This document shows, in pieces, positions 52,795 through 64,000 of a DNA stretch of 64,000 nucleotides. The position numbers and the translations under genes were made by a program. Origin of the DNA: Catajapyx aquilonaris (lineage: Eukaryota); NCBI GenBank assembly GCA_000934665.2, contig JYFJ02002041.1:1-64000 (forward strand), read 5' to 3'. Position 1 is the stretch's first letter, and each line of letters opens with the position of its first letter. The notes below the pieces were generated by a model that searched no databases, was not told the origin of the DNA, and was given only the letters and a program-made list of their open reading frames with translations.

Positions 52795-53065
52795 TTTTTT
52801 TCTCTCTGTGTTTCTTACGAGGAGGAACATTGTTGAAGATTTTTCTCTCCATCAGGAGGACAACATTGTTGACTATAGATTTTTCTCTCCATCAGGAGGA
52901 GAATATATTGTTGAAGATTTTTTCTATCCAGGAAGAGGAGAATATATTGTTGAAGATTTTTCTCTCTGTTTGTCTTACGAGGAGGAACATTGTTGAAGAT
53001 TTTTTCTCTCCAGGAGGAGAGTATTGTTGAGGATTTTTCTCTCCATCAGGAGGAGAGCATTGTTG
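52795..53065. repeat. Minisatellite, ~35-bp unit AGGAGGA(G)AACATTGTTGAAGATTTTTCTCTCCATC, ~7 copies
   Basis: Repeated ATTGTTGAAGATTTTT core; the variant with TCTTACG recurs at ~52813 and ~52973. Confidence 0.9.
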
Positions 53066-54404
53066 GACGTATGATGATACACAGAAGTTACGACATGTGA
53101 ACGTTACCACGAGCATTCGCATTACAGATGCCCATTATAACGGTCACAAACCGAAACCTCCGAAACATATATATTTTATATTTTAAAAAAAAGGCTCTGT
53201 GAATATATGATACACACGGTGGCTTACCTTGTACAACACACACGTCGAACTGCAACACACATGTGTATCCATAGTGTTTCCTTTTTTTTTTCCTCTTTTA
53301 GTAAGGTCTGTTATAGAGAGAGCAAAACTGACACCTGCTGGCTTCTGGCTCAAGTTTTTTTTTTTTCACTCTCATTTCTTTTTGTAAACCAACTGTTTAT
53401 GACGCGGCCTTTTAAAAAAAAGTGGGGGGAGAAAAAAAACAAAAATTTGCATTGCTAATAACCCACCGACAAATGTTTCCGAACCTATTAATTTCTGACA
53501 CTTCAAATCCCTCTGTACCGGTACTGTACAGAGCAGCTGGAAATTATACCGAATGGGACACTTTTTATTTAATTAATTTCAGTTAAATTTAACTGGTTGC
53601 TGGGGTTAACAACAGGCCTTATCTATTGTTGCAATAGGCTTGAAATGACTTAATTACTGACTCATAATTATCACCCGGATTTGTCTCCATAACAAATATA
53701 GTCATACACGGCACACACTAGACGGATCTATCACATTTCGGTGTGGCCAAGTGAAATTCCCGGACAAACGCCCTTCCTAATATGCAAATCCACATCCTGT
53801 ACGTGTGGCACGTGGGTTAAATTACCTAACACCACTTCATCTGGGGGTTTCTCATTGCATTAGAAGGGCCGGGGAGTGAAAAAAAAAAAGAGGATTGAAT
53901 TAATAGTTTAAAAAATGAATCCACCTGTGCGGCTGCGAAATTTACATTGAGCAGTGTGTATGTAACGAGTAGTTAGGCGCTTACCTGGTTGCCACGGAAA
54001 ACCAGAAGGCATGACTTGTTGCTGTTACTTTCGCTTGAAATATATAGGACTGTCTGTTACATGCACTGTATATACATAAGGGGAACGGGTGCAGGGGGGG
54101 GAGAATACAGAGTCTGGCACCTGCATCTGCGGCTTCCAATCATGTTTCCGTCCATTGTTTCCCATCTGACAAATCCCAGCCGCTCTTTTTTCGCCACACA
54201 TCCCACACACTATTCCCCAACTAGGTTTTATTTGGGCAAAAAAAGACGGATCCATTTTGAATTTTTTTTCCTGTAGCTGCCCCGGCAATTGATAAACTTC
54301 ATTTGATTGGAAGTTCCTGTTGACCTTGTTACGCATGAACGTGGGCGTTGCATTGGAATAATTGCTTTTATTGTGATACGTTTTAAATTAATATTACAAA
54401 ATGA

Positions 54405-57400
54405 TTATCCTCTCTCTGCGATGAGTTTGACGACACTGTGGTCCATCATTACTGGGTCCAGACAGCGGTGGATCACACTGCCGACTATCTCATCCAGAAG
54501 GGTGTGCACCAAGCTGCAAGATAAAAAGATCATTAACCTCCTTTTTTTATTACGCAGAGGACCAATTAATTGTCAGACTCATAACGTACTTTTCATCCGA
54601 TACGAATCGCCAAAGGTACAGCTGCAAGTAGTACGTGTCCACCTGCACCTGCTGCAATCCAAATCGGCTGAAAGTCCGAAGTCGGACACATTCCAGGAAA
54701 GTCTGCGGAAAGAAAAAAATATTGCCTGCAATAATTGTACCATACATGTAGGGCATACAACAGATGCCCTTATTCATTCAGCGATATAAACATGTTTTGT
54801 TGCGAGCTGTTCAAGGCTGCACCCTGGAATTTCCCTCCCACAATGCGCGCACGCTTCCATTGTTTTGCACTTGCTCCAATTGCCACAAACCTTGAGGCTA
54901 ATTTTGATGATTCCAGTGAGTATGGACACCTTGGAGAACTGGACCGATCCGAATATCTCAATCCTTTCCGAGAAAAGCTTCTGGATGTTGGTCGCAAGGC
55001 TTGTGTCCATCTGGCTCGGGGCGTAAGCAGACCATGAGGATGGCGGGGGTTGACCCGAGGGCGGCCCCTGGTGCTGCTTGGCTGCCAGAGAAGCACCTGG
55101 CTGGTATCCTCTCCGGCTGGAATCCGAACTGCGTTCCTCCTTCCGCTGCCCCTCCTCGTAAAGGGCTCCCACTCTGACTTCCATAGCCGTCACATCCTCC
55201 ACAACACGTTTCATAACAGCTCGAACAGTCCTCGGCTCTATCGTGTGCAGCCAGTCACGCGTCTCCACAGATTTCCGTAGCATCTGAATCGCACGGAAAT
55301 GTGTTAAAGACTCATAACCACAATTATGATGAAAAGTATCACCTGCGAGAGGGTCAGTCCTTGCACCCTGACGTAGTGGTCCAGCATCTGCTGAGCCACC
55401 TGCTGCATCCTTCCATTCAAGGTGTCCGTTGGTGTTAGCTGATTCCTGTCCAGAGATCCAAACCGCTCGTCCACTGCGCCCAGCAAGAAGTGAACAGTGG
55501 ACGTTGACATGTCCAAGCAAAAGCGGGACAGCAGGAGAAACAGGTCGGGCGGTAAGCTATCCCTGTCTTTAGCGCAAAGTCCGGACGAATGGGACGCCAT
55601 GAACTTGATGAACTCGACGACCATTCCTTCTCTGACCGCTCCGGTGCAAAACGGCTGCCTGAATTCCGGCTTAACTGCGAAAGTCATCTCCGGCTGCAGG
55701 AAAAGCTGCATCTGGTCCAGCACAGATCGGGTCTTATCTGCGACGGAGGTCACCAGAGCAGTCAAGGAATCCCACAGCGCATTGTTGCCTTCCCCGTCCT
55801 GCGTCAGTGGTTGCGGGGAGGTCAGAGTTTGAATCAGAGACGACAGCGTGGCCTCAAAATGAGAGCACAGGACTGCGAGGTAGATAGAAGATTGGGAGCG
55901 GCTTGCACTTGACACGATAGTCAGTCCAGTCCTGCAGAATGAAATATTGTAATTAAAAGTACTGTCAACATTCATGTAACTTACCTGGCAAAGTCAGTCT
56001 GCGGCAAAAGCTTGGACATGGCTTGCAGTCTGCGGTGGAACCTGTCCAGTGCTCTGACCAACTGAGCAGTTCCCCAAGGCTCCTTCTCAACTTTAAGACG
56101 AGACTCAACGAGATGGAAATAACGTTCCATCAGATGCATCACAAAATTTATCAACTTCTTCACCGCAACAGTCTCCAGACGCTCGCTGCAAAAGAGATAT
56201 ATGTCACGTGAAAACCTCATTACGAATATCATGCAGCAGATCGTACCTCTCCTCAGGCGACCTTCCACCGACCCATGCTCGGCTGATGAACACATCGTTG
56301 TAGGAAGCAACTACCAAACAAATATCGCTGAGGAATCCATTACAGCCGAGGTCAACGAAATCCAATATGTCAGCCTTCCCAGCTTCAGCCACCTGAAGCA
56401 CATCCAAATCCTGGTCCAACCTCAGCTTAGCGTGAGCCAAAAAGTCATCACAGAGCGACTCTCCAGGCTCGCCAAGTTGAAGAAGCAGGTCAACAGCTTG
56501 GGCTAGCTTTCGAGGTGAATTTGAACCCACATCATCTTCCTGACCTCTAACCTAAATAACCCGAGATGGTCGTTAGCAGAATTCTGAAATGGTAACGACA
56601 ACGAATGAGCCGTACCTGTTCCCTCAGCTTTTCTTTGAGCCGACCAACGATGGCATCGCAATCTTCCTGTATCCCGTTAAACGAAGCCATATGCTTGTAA
56701 TGAGCCAGAACCTTCTGTGCTCGAGTGTAAAACAAGACAGCCTGCGGATAGTCCCCGTCGTCCAAACAAGCGGTCAGCTTAGTCGGAAGCTCAAACAAAA
56801 ACTGAAGCTTCTTCAACAGCAAATGGACTCCGGACAACTTATTAATTTGCACCCGTCGGTCTTGCAACGTCTCAGATATTTGTGCCGAGAAGGAAGTGAT
56901 GGCCGACATGTTGGTTGCCAGCAGATCCATCTCCGCCTCCATCTTCTTAAAGTCGCTCTTCATCTAATGACATTAGAATGCAGAGGGAATTAATTAGTCA
57001 GCCAACTATTGTTTTGATTGTAAACGAACCTTTCGTATTGTGTCGGTTGCGGATATGAACTTATTGTAGTTCTCATACACAAGCGTCTGCATATCCGAAT
57101 CCAACGCCTGAATCTGCTTAATCACGTCACTCTCCCGATCCATCAGCTGATTCAACGTCGACTCCTAAGTAGCAAAATTGCAATTAGAACACTTTCGACA
57201 TTCCAATAGTGCAATTAGAACACGTTCGAAATTCCAATAGTGCGATTAGAACACGTTCGAAATGCCAATAGTGCGATTAGAACACTTTCGTCATTAAAAT
57301 AGTGCAACTAGAACACGTTCGAAATTCCAATAGTGCAATTAGAACACTTTTTGACATTCCAATAATGCAATTAGTCTAATTGCATTGTTGGAATGTCGAA

Positions 57401-57694
57401 AGTGTTCTAATTGAATTAGAACACGTTCGACATTCCAATAATGCAATTAGAACACGTTCGAAATGCCAATAATGCAATTGGAACACTTCAGACATTCCAA
57501 CAGTGCAATTGGAACACTTCTGACATTCCAACAGTGCGGGATTAGAACACTTTTGACATTCCAATGAAACAAACCTTGATCAACTTCTGCAGGTACATAT
57601 CCGGATTAAAATGCGATCCATTAATATCATACGGATCGCCCATCGCCTCTTCGCCAGATCCGCCTCCATTCCCATTACTCTGCATCGCAAACAT
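54405..57694 (-). CDS. VPS51: Vacuolar protein sorting 51 homolog (GARP/EARP subunit)
   Basis: Multi-exon; first exons 57694-57575, 57164-57030, 56963-56616, 56551-56247, then further exons to the stop at 54405. Motifs [64 protein letters not shown]...EPRTVR and [16 protein letters not shown]. Confidence 0.95.
57175..57565. repeat. Intronic minisatellite, ~31-bp unit TAGTGCAATTAGAACACGTTCGAAATTCCAA, ~12 copies, one inverted
   Basis: Fills nearly all of VPS51 intron 1 (57165-57574); the unit at ~57376-57414 is in reverse orientation. Confidence 0.92.
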
Positions 57695-57945
57695 GGCTTC
57701 AAAAAATCCAGAACAAAAATAATTAATTCAATTCGAACAAAATTTAGAACACGTCAAATCCGCCATCTTGGAATTCAATTTAAAGACGTGGCCTACTTCC
57801 TGTGCCGAACATACGGTACTGTACATGCATGTGGCCTACTCCCCGCTCTTCGGGGTTGTCATGGTGCGTCATTCAAATCGATTGAAAGGAAAAAGGGGGT
57901 TAAAAAGAGTGGCCTTATTATAGCCTGTGGCTGTCTGAAGGTCTG
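57695..57945. promoter_or_regulatory. Bidirectional promoter VPS51/WDR54
   Basis: Head-to-head start codons ~250 bp apart; YY1-type CAAGATGGCGG on the minus strand (57760-57770); ETS-type ACTTCCTG ~57795. Confidence 0.6.
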
Positions 57946-59062
57946 ATGGATTCAGCCAGCAGGTCCGTCGGGTTGCCACTGAGCGCCTCCGCACTGCAGG
58001 GCAACCTGGCCGTCATCCCAGGGAGGCAGCAGGTCGCAGTCATCCACAAGGGCAGGGTCGCACTGGCCCGACACGACAACGACGATGACTTGAGAAGGGA
58101 AGTTGCCTGGAGCGGAATGGACACAACCATTACGCAGGTCATACATTACTTTTGTTGGACCAGTACGCACCGCATTGGGTATACAAAAACCGGGGTGATT
58201 GCAGGTGGCAAGCGTTGAGTACGACGGATGCGACCTACTGGTGCTGGTGTCCACCGTCGGAGTTCAGGTGTACGATGCGGATGGGCTGTCCCTCCTGTTC
58301 TCGCACACCTTCCCGGGGAATGCGGACAGCTGGGGGGAATTCCATCGGGGTATCGCAAAGGTTGCGGAACACATCCTCTGCATCGGTACGCTCCTGCCGC
58401 TTCCTAATTGTGCTGTGTATTAATTACCGGTTTAATTACAGGGTGTCGTCGAGGCGAGGTGTTGACATTTGGCGTTTGGAAAGGAGGGATGGACATTGCG
58501 TTTGAGGCTGGGGAAAAGCTGCATGGGAGCACCATAACGGGGCTGGCCGGACGGGAGAGCAGCTTGGTGGCGGCTGACGCAAGCGGGGCACTCGGGCTGT
58601 GGACGAAAAGCGTGCATGAACCAATGAGCCGCGTTTGGTTCATCGACAACTACGGGTAAGCCCTAACAATGGAAGCGCAACAAGGAAAATTAATTTGTTA
58701 TTAACTGTAGGAGCGCCTGCACCGGACTGTCGCTATGGAAGAGCCTCCTGGCCGTCAGCTTCGGTTCAGGTCATATCCGCATATTCAGGCTGCTGACCGG
58801 ACATATGACTGCTGAAGTGACGGCCCATGCGGCGTGGATCACCTCGTTGGATGCGACTGAATCCGGACAGCTGCTGTCCGTCTCGGAGGACACGTATGTT
58901 CGAGTATGGCAACTCGATGACGCTGCGGACGCCGCAACAATCGAACTAGCCACTGTGAGACAAGTTCCTGACATGCTGCTGGTCGGCGGAAAATTCCTAG
59001 GAGACAACGAGTTCGGTATAACCGGCTACGAACAGAAGCAAGTTCTGATATTTAGCCTGTGA
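57946..59062 (+). CDS. WDR54: WD repeat-containing protein 54-like
   Basis: Exons 57946-58137, 58205-58385, 58442-58655, 58711-59062. SASALQGNL, ITQV, LLVLVSTVGVQVYD, RGIA and EVTAHAAWITSLD...LLSVSEDTYVRVWQL resemble WDR54. Confidence 0.8.
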
Positions 59063-59153
59063 TATTTCCAACACTTTATATTTTTGCACCATACATTATA
59101 AAATATACACATGTTCACATAGTGGGTGTTCATACTTTTCTACAGGTGTATTA

Positions 59154-60412
59154 TCACAGCTCTTCATGCTCCGGGATATCCAGTTTCGCCAGAACGTCAC
59201 TAGCCAGTTTGCTGATGCTCGTCAAATAGTCATCTTCCGACTCGGCGTACGCTCGCTTTAGTGACACTAATTTGCTTCGATGCTGCTTGAACTCCGACCT
59301 GCACACACCGCTTAAAGCTGCAAGTACGTGCAGTGATTGTTCCACCTGGTCGTGCTCGGCGTCTCGGGGCAATGTGATGAGCTCGCACCATCCGCCCTCT
59401 TTCAGCCGGGCTTCCAGCTGCAGTTCACGGTACTGCCGCAGCTTCTTCGGATCCTTCGTTTCAAACAGCGGCTCGAGAACCAAGTCGGCCAGCAGCGTCG
59501 CAATCTTAAGCCGTATTTTAGTTCCATTAGCACCGAATATGGAAGAGAGCACTGCAAGTCCGCCCTGTCGTAACACGCTGCTTTGGGCGACCGGGAAGCG
59601 ACGAAGCATCGCCGATAGAGCGAACACAAGGGATGACGTCGCATCGGCATCGGTTTCCTTCGACAGCGATACCAGTATGGCACGTTCAGCCCCGCTTTCA
59701 AGCGCCACAACTTGCACCTCAGGGTTGCTCTGCATTGCGGCTCCCAACAGCCGACCAGACATTGTTCTAACAGTGGCCGACGTGTGGTTCAGCGAATGGA
59801 GGGCAACAATGGAGAGTCCTCCCTGGTGGGCGAACTCAAGCGCGTCTGGATACCGGTGGCACAAATGCTGCAGGTCGCTCAGGACGGACACGATCTCATC
59901 TTCGGAAGTCGTGGCGGTGTACCGCTTAATCATGTGCGTCATGATCTTCCGGCTGGATGGTACGCCTTTCTTTTCCTTCATGCCGTCCTCTTTTTCCTGC
60001 TGTAGCTGCTCGTATGTACGCCACTTCTCGCCGACATGCTCCTTCCGGTTGGCTTCCTCCGCAGTCGTTAACGACTTCAGCGTCTCTTCCATCTGACTTC
60101 CGCCTTCGCCCAACATGTCCTCCACCGCGACTAGATCAGTCTTCGTCTCTTCAGACTCGTATTCCTTAGCTTCAACCTCCTTCGTATGCAGGTTCATCCG
60201 CACATGCGCACCTCGTGGTACCGCATACCCTGTAAATGACATACATAAGTAACCGGTACGTACAAAGCGCAACAAGTCATACCAGGCGGAACCTTCCTCC
60301 ACTCTTTTGTGAGCCGCAACACCTTCTTCTTCTCATCCGCAGCTTCATCGTCGTCCGACCCACCGACAGACATCACCAGCAGGAAAACCAGTACGTGTCT
60401 ACACAGCCTCAT
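59154..60412 (-). CDS. SIL1: Nucleotide exchange factor SIL1 (BiP co-chaperone)
   Basis: Exons 60412-60283 and 60229-59154. Signal peptide; [57 protein letters not shown]; C-terminal ER-retrieval signal HEEL. Confidence 0.92.
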
Positions 60413-60679
60413 TGTCTCTAGCAACTAATTAAGATACAGTAATTAACACGCTTAATTTTATATATAAAAAAATCTTGTACCTTGTCCTATTCAAACCCAA
60501 GGCGGCATGTGATGGTGCAATGGACACGTTTTTGCTCCCCACTGGACGGCCATTTGTTCATACAATGACGTAACATGTGCCAAAAAAAATTTGGCGTCAA
60601 TATCATGCATAAATTTGGCTAAAAATAATGGACAATAAGGAAGTACAATCTAAAATTTTTAATTACAATTGCGATGTAA

Positions 60680-61340
60680 ATTGGTCGGCCATATTGGGGA
60701 CGAATGGGCGCGGCCATTTTAACGTTATATTCATAACGACTTAATATGCAAAATTTGTATTAAATTTTAATCGTTTTTAATTATTCCAACTGTAAAAAAT
60801 TTGCATTCAATATATTTTCGAACCGTTTTAGCGTTTTAATTACTGTCGGCCATATTGGGTCCATGTTCGCGGCCATTTTGTGTTAACTCGTTTACATTTA
60901 TCATACCAAACTGTAATTAAATATACCTTTCTTAATTATAATTATGACGAAAAAATTACGACCGGTCCATTTTGGAACAGTTTTAATCATGACGCTTCCT
61001 GTCGGCCATATTGGGGCCAATGTGGGCGGCCATATTGTGTCCAGGCACGTTAAATCCACCATGCTTAAATGTTCCAAATTGTGATTAAATTTACCGTTGT
61101 TAATTATGATTGCACCATTAAAATTACGCCGGGTCCATTTTAGAACAGTTTTAATGACGACAGATGACGACGCTTCTAGTCGGCCATGTTGGTTCGCAGC
61201 CATTTTGTGTCCATACACGTTAAATACATCGTTGCTTAAATGTTCCAAATTGTGATTAAATTTACCGTTCTTAATTATGACGACAGTGCATAAATTATGC
61301 GAGGTCCATTTCGGAACAGTTTTAATGGCGACGCTTCCGA
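60680..61340. repeat. Degenerate tandem repeat, ~160-180 bp unit, ~4 copies
   Basis: Recurring GTCGGCCATATTGGG...GCGGCCATTTTG and GCTTAAATGTTCCAAATTGTGATTAAATTTACCGTT...GGTCCATTT..GAACAGTTTTAAT blocks at ~60683, 60845, 61001 and 61179. Confidence 0.85.
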
Positions 61341-61769
61341 ACAGCCAATCGGAGCGAGGGGCGCGAAAAGTGCGCATTTGCCAGTCGGCAATGCAAATCG
61401 CTGCTACCTGTAGCCGTGACTGCGGAATAGCCGTTGCCCTCATCCATTTCCTTATAGCGAGAAGCTGCTAGTTCTGCAAGCTGCTATGTGCTGTTGTGGA
61501 CATTAGCTATGCGATATACGGAGGGGCAATGATCTGGCAACCCCCTCCCCTTCCCCCTCCCCTCCATACCCTCTCTTGCCCATTCCCTCTACCCTCGCTG
61601 CCGCCTCGTTCTTTCTTTTTCCCTCCCGCTTCCTTCCCTCTCCGACCACACTAGACGCCGGGTGTAGGACAGAGAAGCGGTGCGTCGCTGTGCCCTGAGA
61701 GAGAATCTGCCCGCATCCGGACCTTCCAACAGCCATCTCCGACCCGTTTAGACGTACCAAGCAAAAGGA

Positions 61770-63966
61770 ATGGAGGAGGAACAGTTTTGGGGTAAGCCAA
61801 CGGGTTGTTTGTGGAACGCCGGGGGGGATATCAAATAAGAAGAGGGGCAGGGACCATCGGCCGGCATCTCTTTATAGAACGTATCAGGAAGGGACGCTGC
61901 TAGCCCCCCCGTGTGTACAACAGGGGGGATGGGCCGGTACCGGGGCAGAATGGGGCCTAAGCCGGCCGGTCTTTTTTCTTTTTCTTTTTTTATTAAATGG
62001 CGGGCTTAGCCTAAGGGGGGGCGAGGGTAGGACAAAGGGACCGCACTACGACCGGGGGGGAAAAACATGGCTGTGCATAGTACCGTGTCTGTCGGGGCGT
62101 CCTCAGGAAGGTACGGGTGACGGTACGGGTGACAGGTACCGTTCCAATGTAAGGGGGGGGGAGGGGGGAGGGAGGGATTCGGAATAGAGCAGGGGTGCCA
62201 ACATGGAGATTAGACGCACCTAAAAAAAGGGGGGTTGGTACCGCGGAAGGGGATGCATGCTGCATGTTGGGGGGGGGAAAAGGAGGGAGATAAAAATGCT
62301 GTAGGGTGTGGCTTTACTGGATTAATTAATTACAAATTAATAAGCATGGGTTGGTTTGGCTTAAAATAATTTTTTTGAGAAGTGCGACCATGTGGGTCCA
62401 TTTTTTGCATATTAGGTAGTTATTACATCACTGGGTTGGTTCACAGTAGCCAAGCCTACTGAAGACATGTGGTTGCTTCACAGACATGCACGGTATGATC
62501 TGTTGCATTGATTTGTGCAATAATGACGATAATAATTTTTATCAATTTTATGGCTGATTTGTGTGCAATTTTTGTTTCCCGCCCCCATATGCAATGATGG
62601 GCTTGAAAGTGGCACGTTTTTGATCCGATAGTCATTGCTGCAATAATTATGTAATAAACAATGTGCACTGGGGGCCCAGAGGCATATTTTTCAATGGGAA
62701 ATAATTCCCACATGCTCATACCGGAGTCAAAAAATGAGGGCCATTGCTGTAGATAAGCCATCAAGGTTCTTTTCTCCCTTGTTGCTGGCATATTAAATAC
62801 GGTAAAATTGCAAGGTGAAACAACTGGAAAATTAGGAAATTTGTGTACTGCTTAACACTCGTCGTTGAAGCAAAAATATGATTATGTAAGCTCTGCACTT
62901 TTTGTTTGTGAAATGCTTCGGGGCCTTGACCTACAGTACATTAACATGCCATACAGTAACTAGTGCTTTGTCTAGGATTTGATTGCTTTGTGTACTGCTG
63001 GTTTGTTGTTGAGGTATGGAGTATATTTAGCTTGAGTGTATGACATCTCATGTACATTCCTGACTACTGCTTTTGATAGGGAGTTTTATCACAATGGATG
63101 TTTACGCAGCTCTTGATTACTTAAGGGGCAATGTCATTTTGACACATACTATTATACAATGTTAAATAAGCAAAGTTTGTCAGGCCTGATGACATTTACG
63201 TTGCTAGCACATTATTTGTAACTACTTAATCTGATAGCGTTAATAAAAATAATGTGGTTTCACGGACACAACAATGTTACTGTTGGTGGGTGGTACCTTC
63301 ACATCCTGTATGGCAGATGTTTGTCACCAGTGCTGTTTTTGTACTTTGGAAGTAATAAACTGTGCATGGAAACATGGCTATTCCTGGTGGGCGGATAAAA
63401 GAGAATGCTGCCACCACTGATATGTTGATCATGACCTTGCTTGAAGTTGATCAACAAATTGTATCCATCATACTACTGCAGAAACTAACTGTCAATTTAT
63501 CCACCAGGATTCTCGCTTAGCGCAGACAAGAAGGAGTGCGAATGGAACCCAGATATGCCAAAGAAGCAGGACCGGCCAGCCATGAAGGGGATGATCAGTC
63601 TTCTCCTCAAGCAGGTAATGCACATTTTGCGGTCTTCATCAATCTACATTCGATTGTAATTGCTACGTACAGTGTCAGCACTACCAATATTAATGAAAGT
63701 GTTTTTTTTTTGGATGTGTGGCTCATGCAATTTGCTATTAATTTCCAGGCCGTGTTGGGCAAGGAGGCGAAGGAAGGCGAGGTGAACATAGTCGAGGTGG
63801 AGGCGGTTAGCACGACTGGCGACACCATCAAGCTTCCGGTTCTGTACCTGAAGGGAGGCTCCCTCCACCAGCAAATGATGAACGTTACCCTGCCCGAGCC
63901 CCCAGCCAAGATCATGCTCACGTCGGGCAGTGGCCCCATCCATCTTACCGGAGTTGAAAAGATTGG
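61770..63966 (+). CDS. Nucleoplasmin-like histone chaperone (partial, continues beyond window)
   Basis: Exons 61770-61791, 63508-63614, 63749-63966. MEEEQFWGFSLSADKKECEW...LLLKQAVLGKEAKEGEVNIVEVE...GSGPIHLTG is the nucleoplasmin core. An FKBP39-type fusion cannot be excluded without the rest of the gene. Confidence 0.88.
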
Positions 63967-64000
63967 TGCGTACCGAGGCGTCTTTGCATCTTAACGAAAG

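Noticed and set aside
57175..57565. CRISPR-like repeat array
   Set aside because: Units are contiguous with no unique spacers, there are no cas genes, and it lies in a spliceosomal intron.
59272..60096. 274-aa plus-strand ORF
   Set aside because: Antisense shadow of the GC-rich SIL1 exon, with no recognisable domain.
60901..61443. 180-aa minus-strand ORF with repeats
   Set aside because: It is the translation of the tandem DNA repeat in a promoter region, with no coding signature.
62450..63480. Intronic snoRNAs in nucleoplasmin intron 1
   Set aside because: Only partial C/D or ACA-like boxes and short hairpins; no convincing box pairing or rRNA guide was seen. A snoscan/Infernal search would be needed.

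Overview
Eukaryotic, intron-containing DNA. It is probably an arthropod, inferred from short ~55-70 nt GT-AG introns, DRE/E2F motifs and an Nlp-type nucleoplasmin; the species cannot be determined. There are no prokaryotic features or CRISPR arrays, and no tRNA or rRNA was recognised. Left to right: first coding exon of a C2H2 zinc-finger gene (-, continuation not identified in the window); KCTD9-like paralog A (-); Myb/SANT-like (MSANTD) gene (+); KCTD9-like paralog B (+); THOC3 (+); a ~33 kb equilibrative nucleoside transporter (SLC29/ENT) locus (+); ~9 kb with no recognisable gene but several well-formed minus-strand exons; VPS51 (-); WDR54-like (+); SIL1 (-); nucleoplasmin-like (+, cut by the window end). 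Small mobile elements are a Tc1-type MITE, a ~290 bp foldback MITE and three copies of a ~210 bp Helitron-like element. Several minisatellites and microsatellites are also present. The most interesting signal is an apparent array of alternative N-terminal exons in the ENT gene, with matching splice phases and different candidate sorting signals. The second is an inverted KCTD9 duplication in which one copy has replaced its last exon with an Asp-rich tail. All exon structures were read by eye from splice signals and frame, without transcript evidence.
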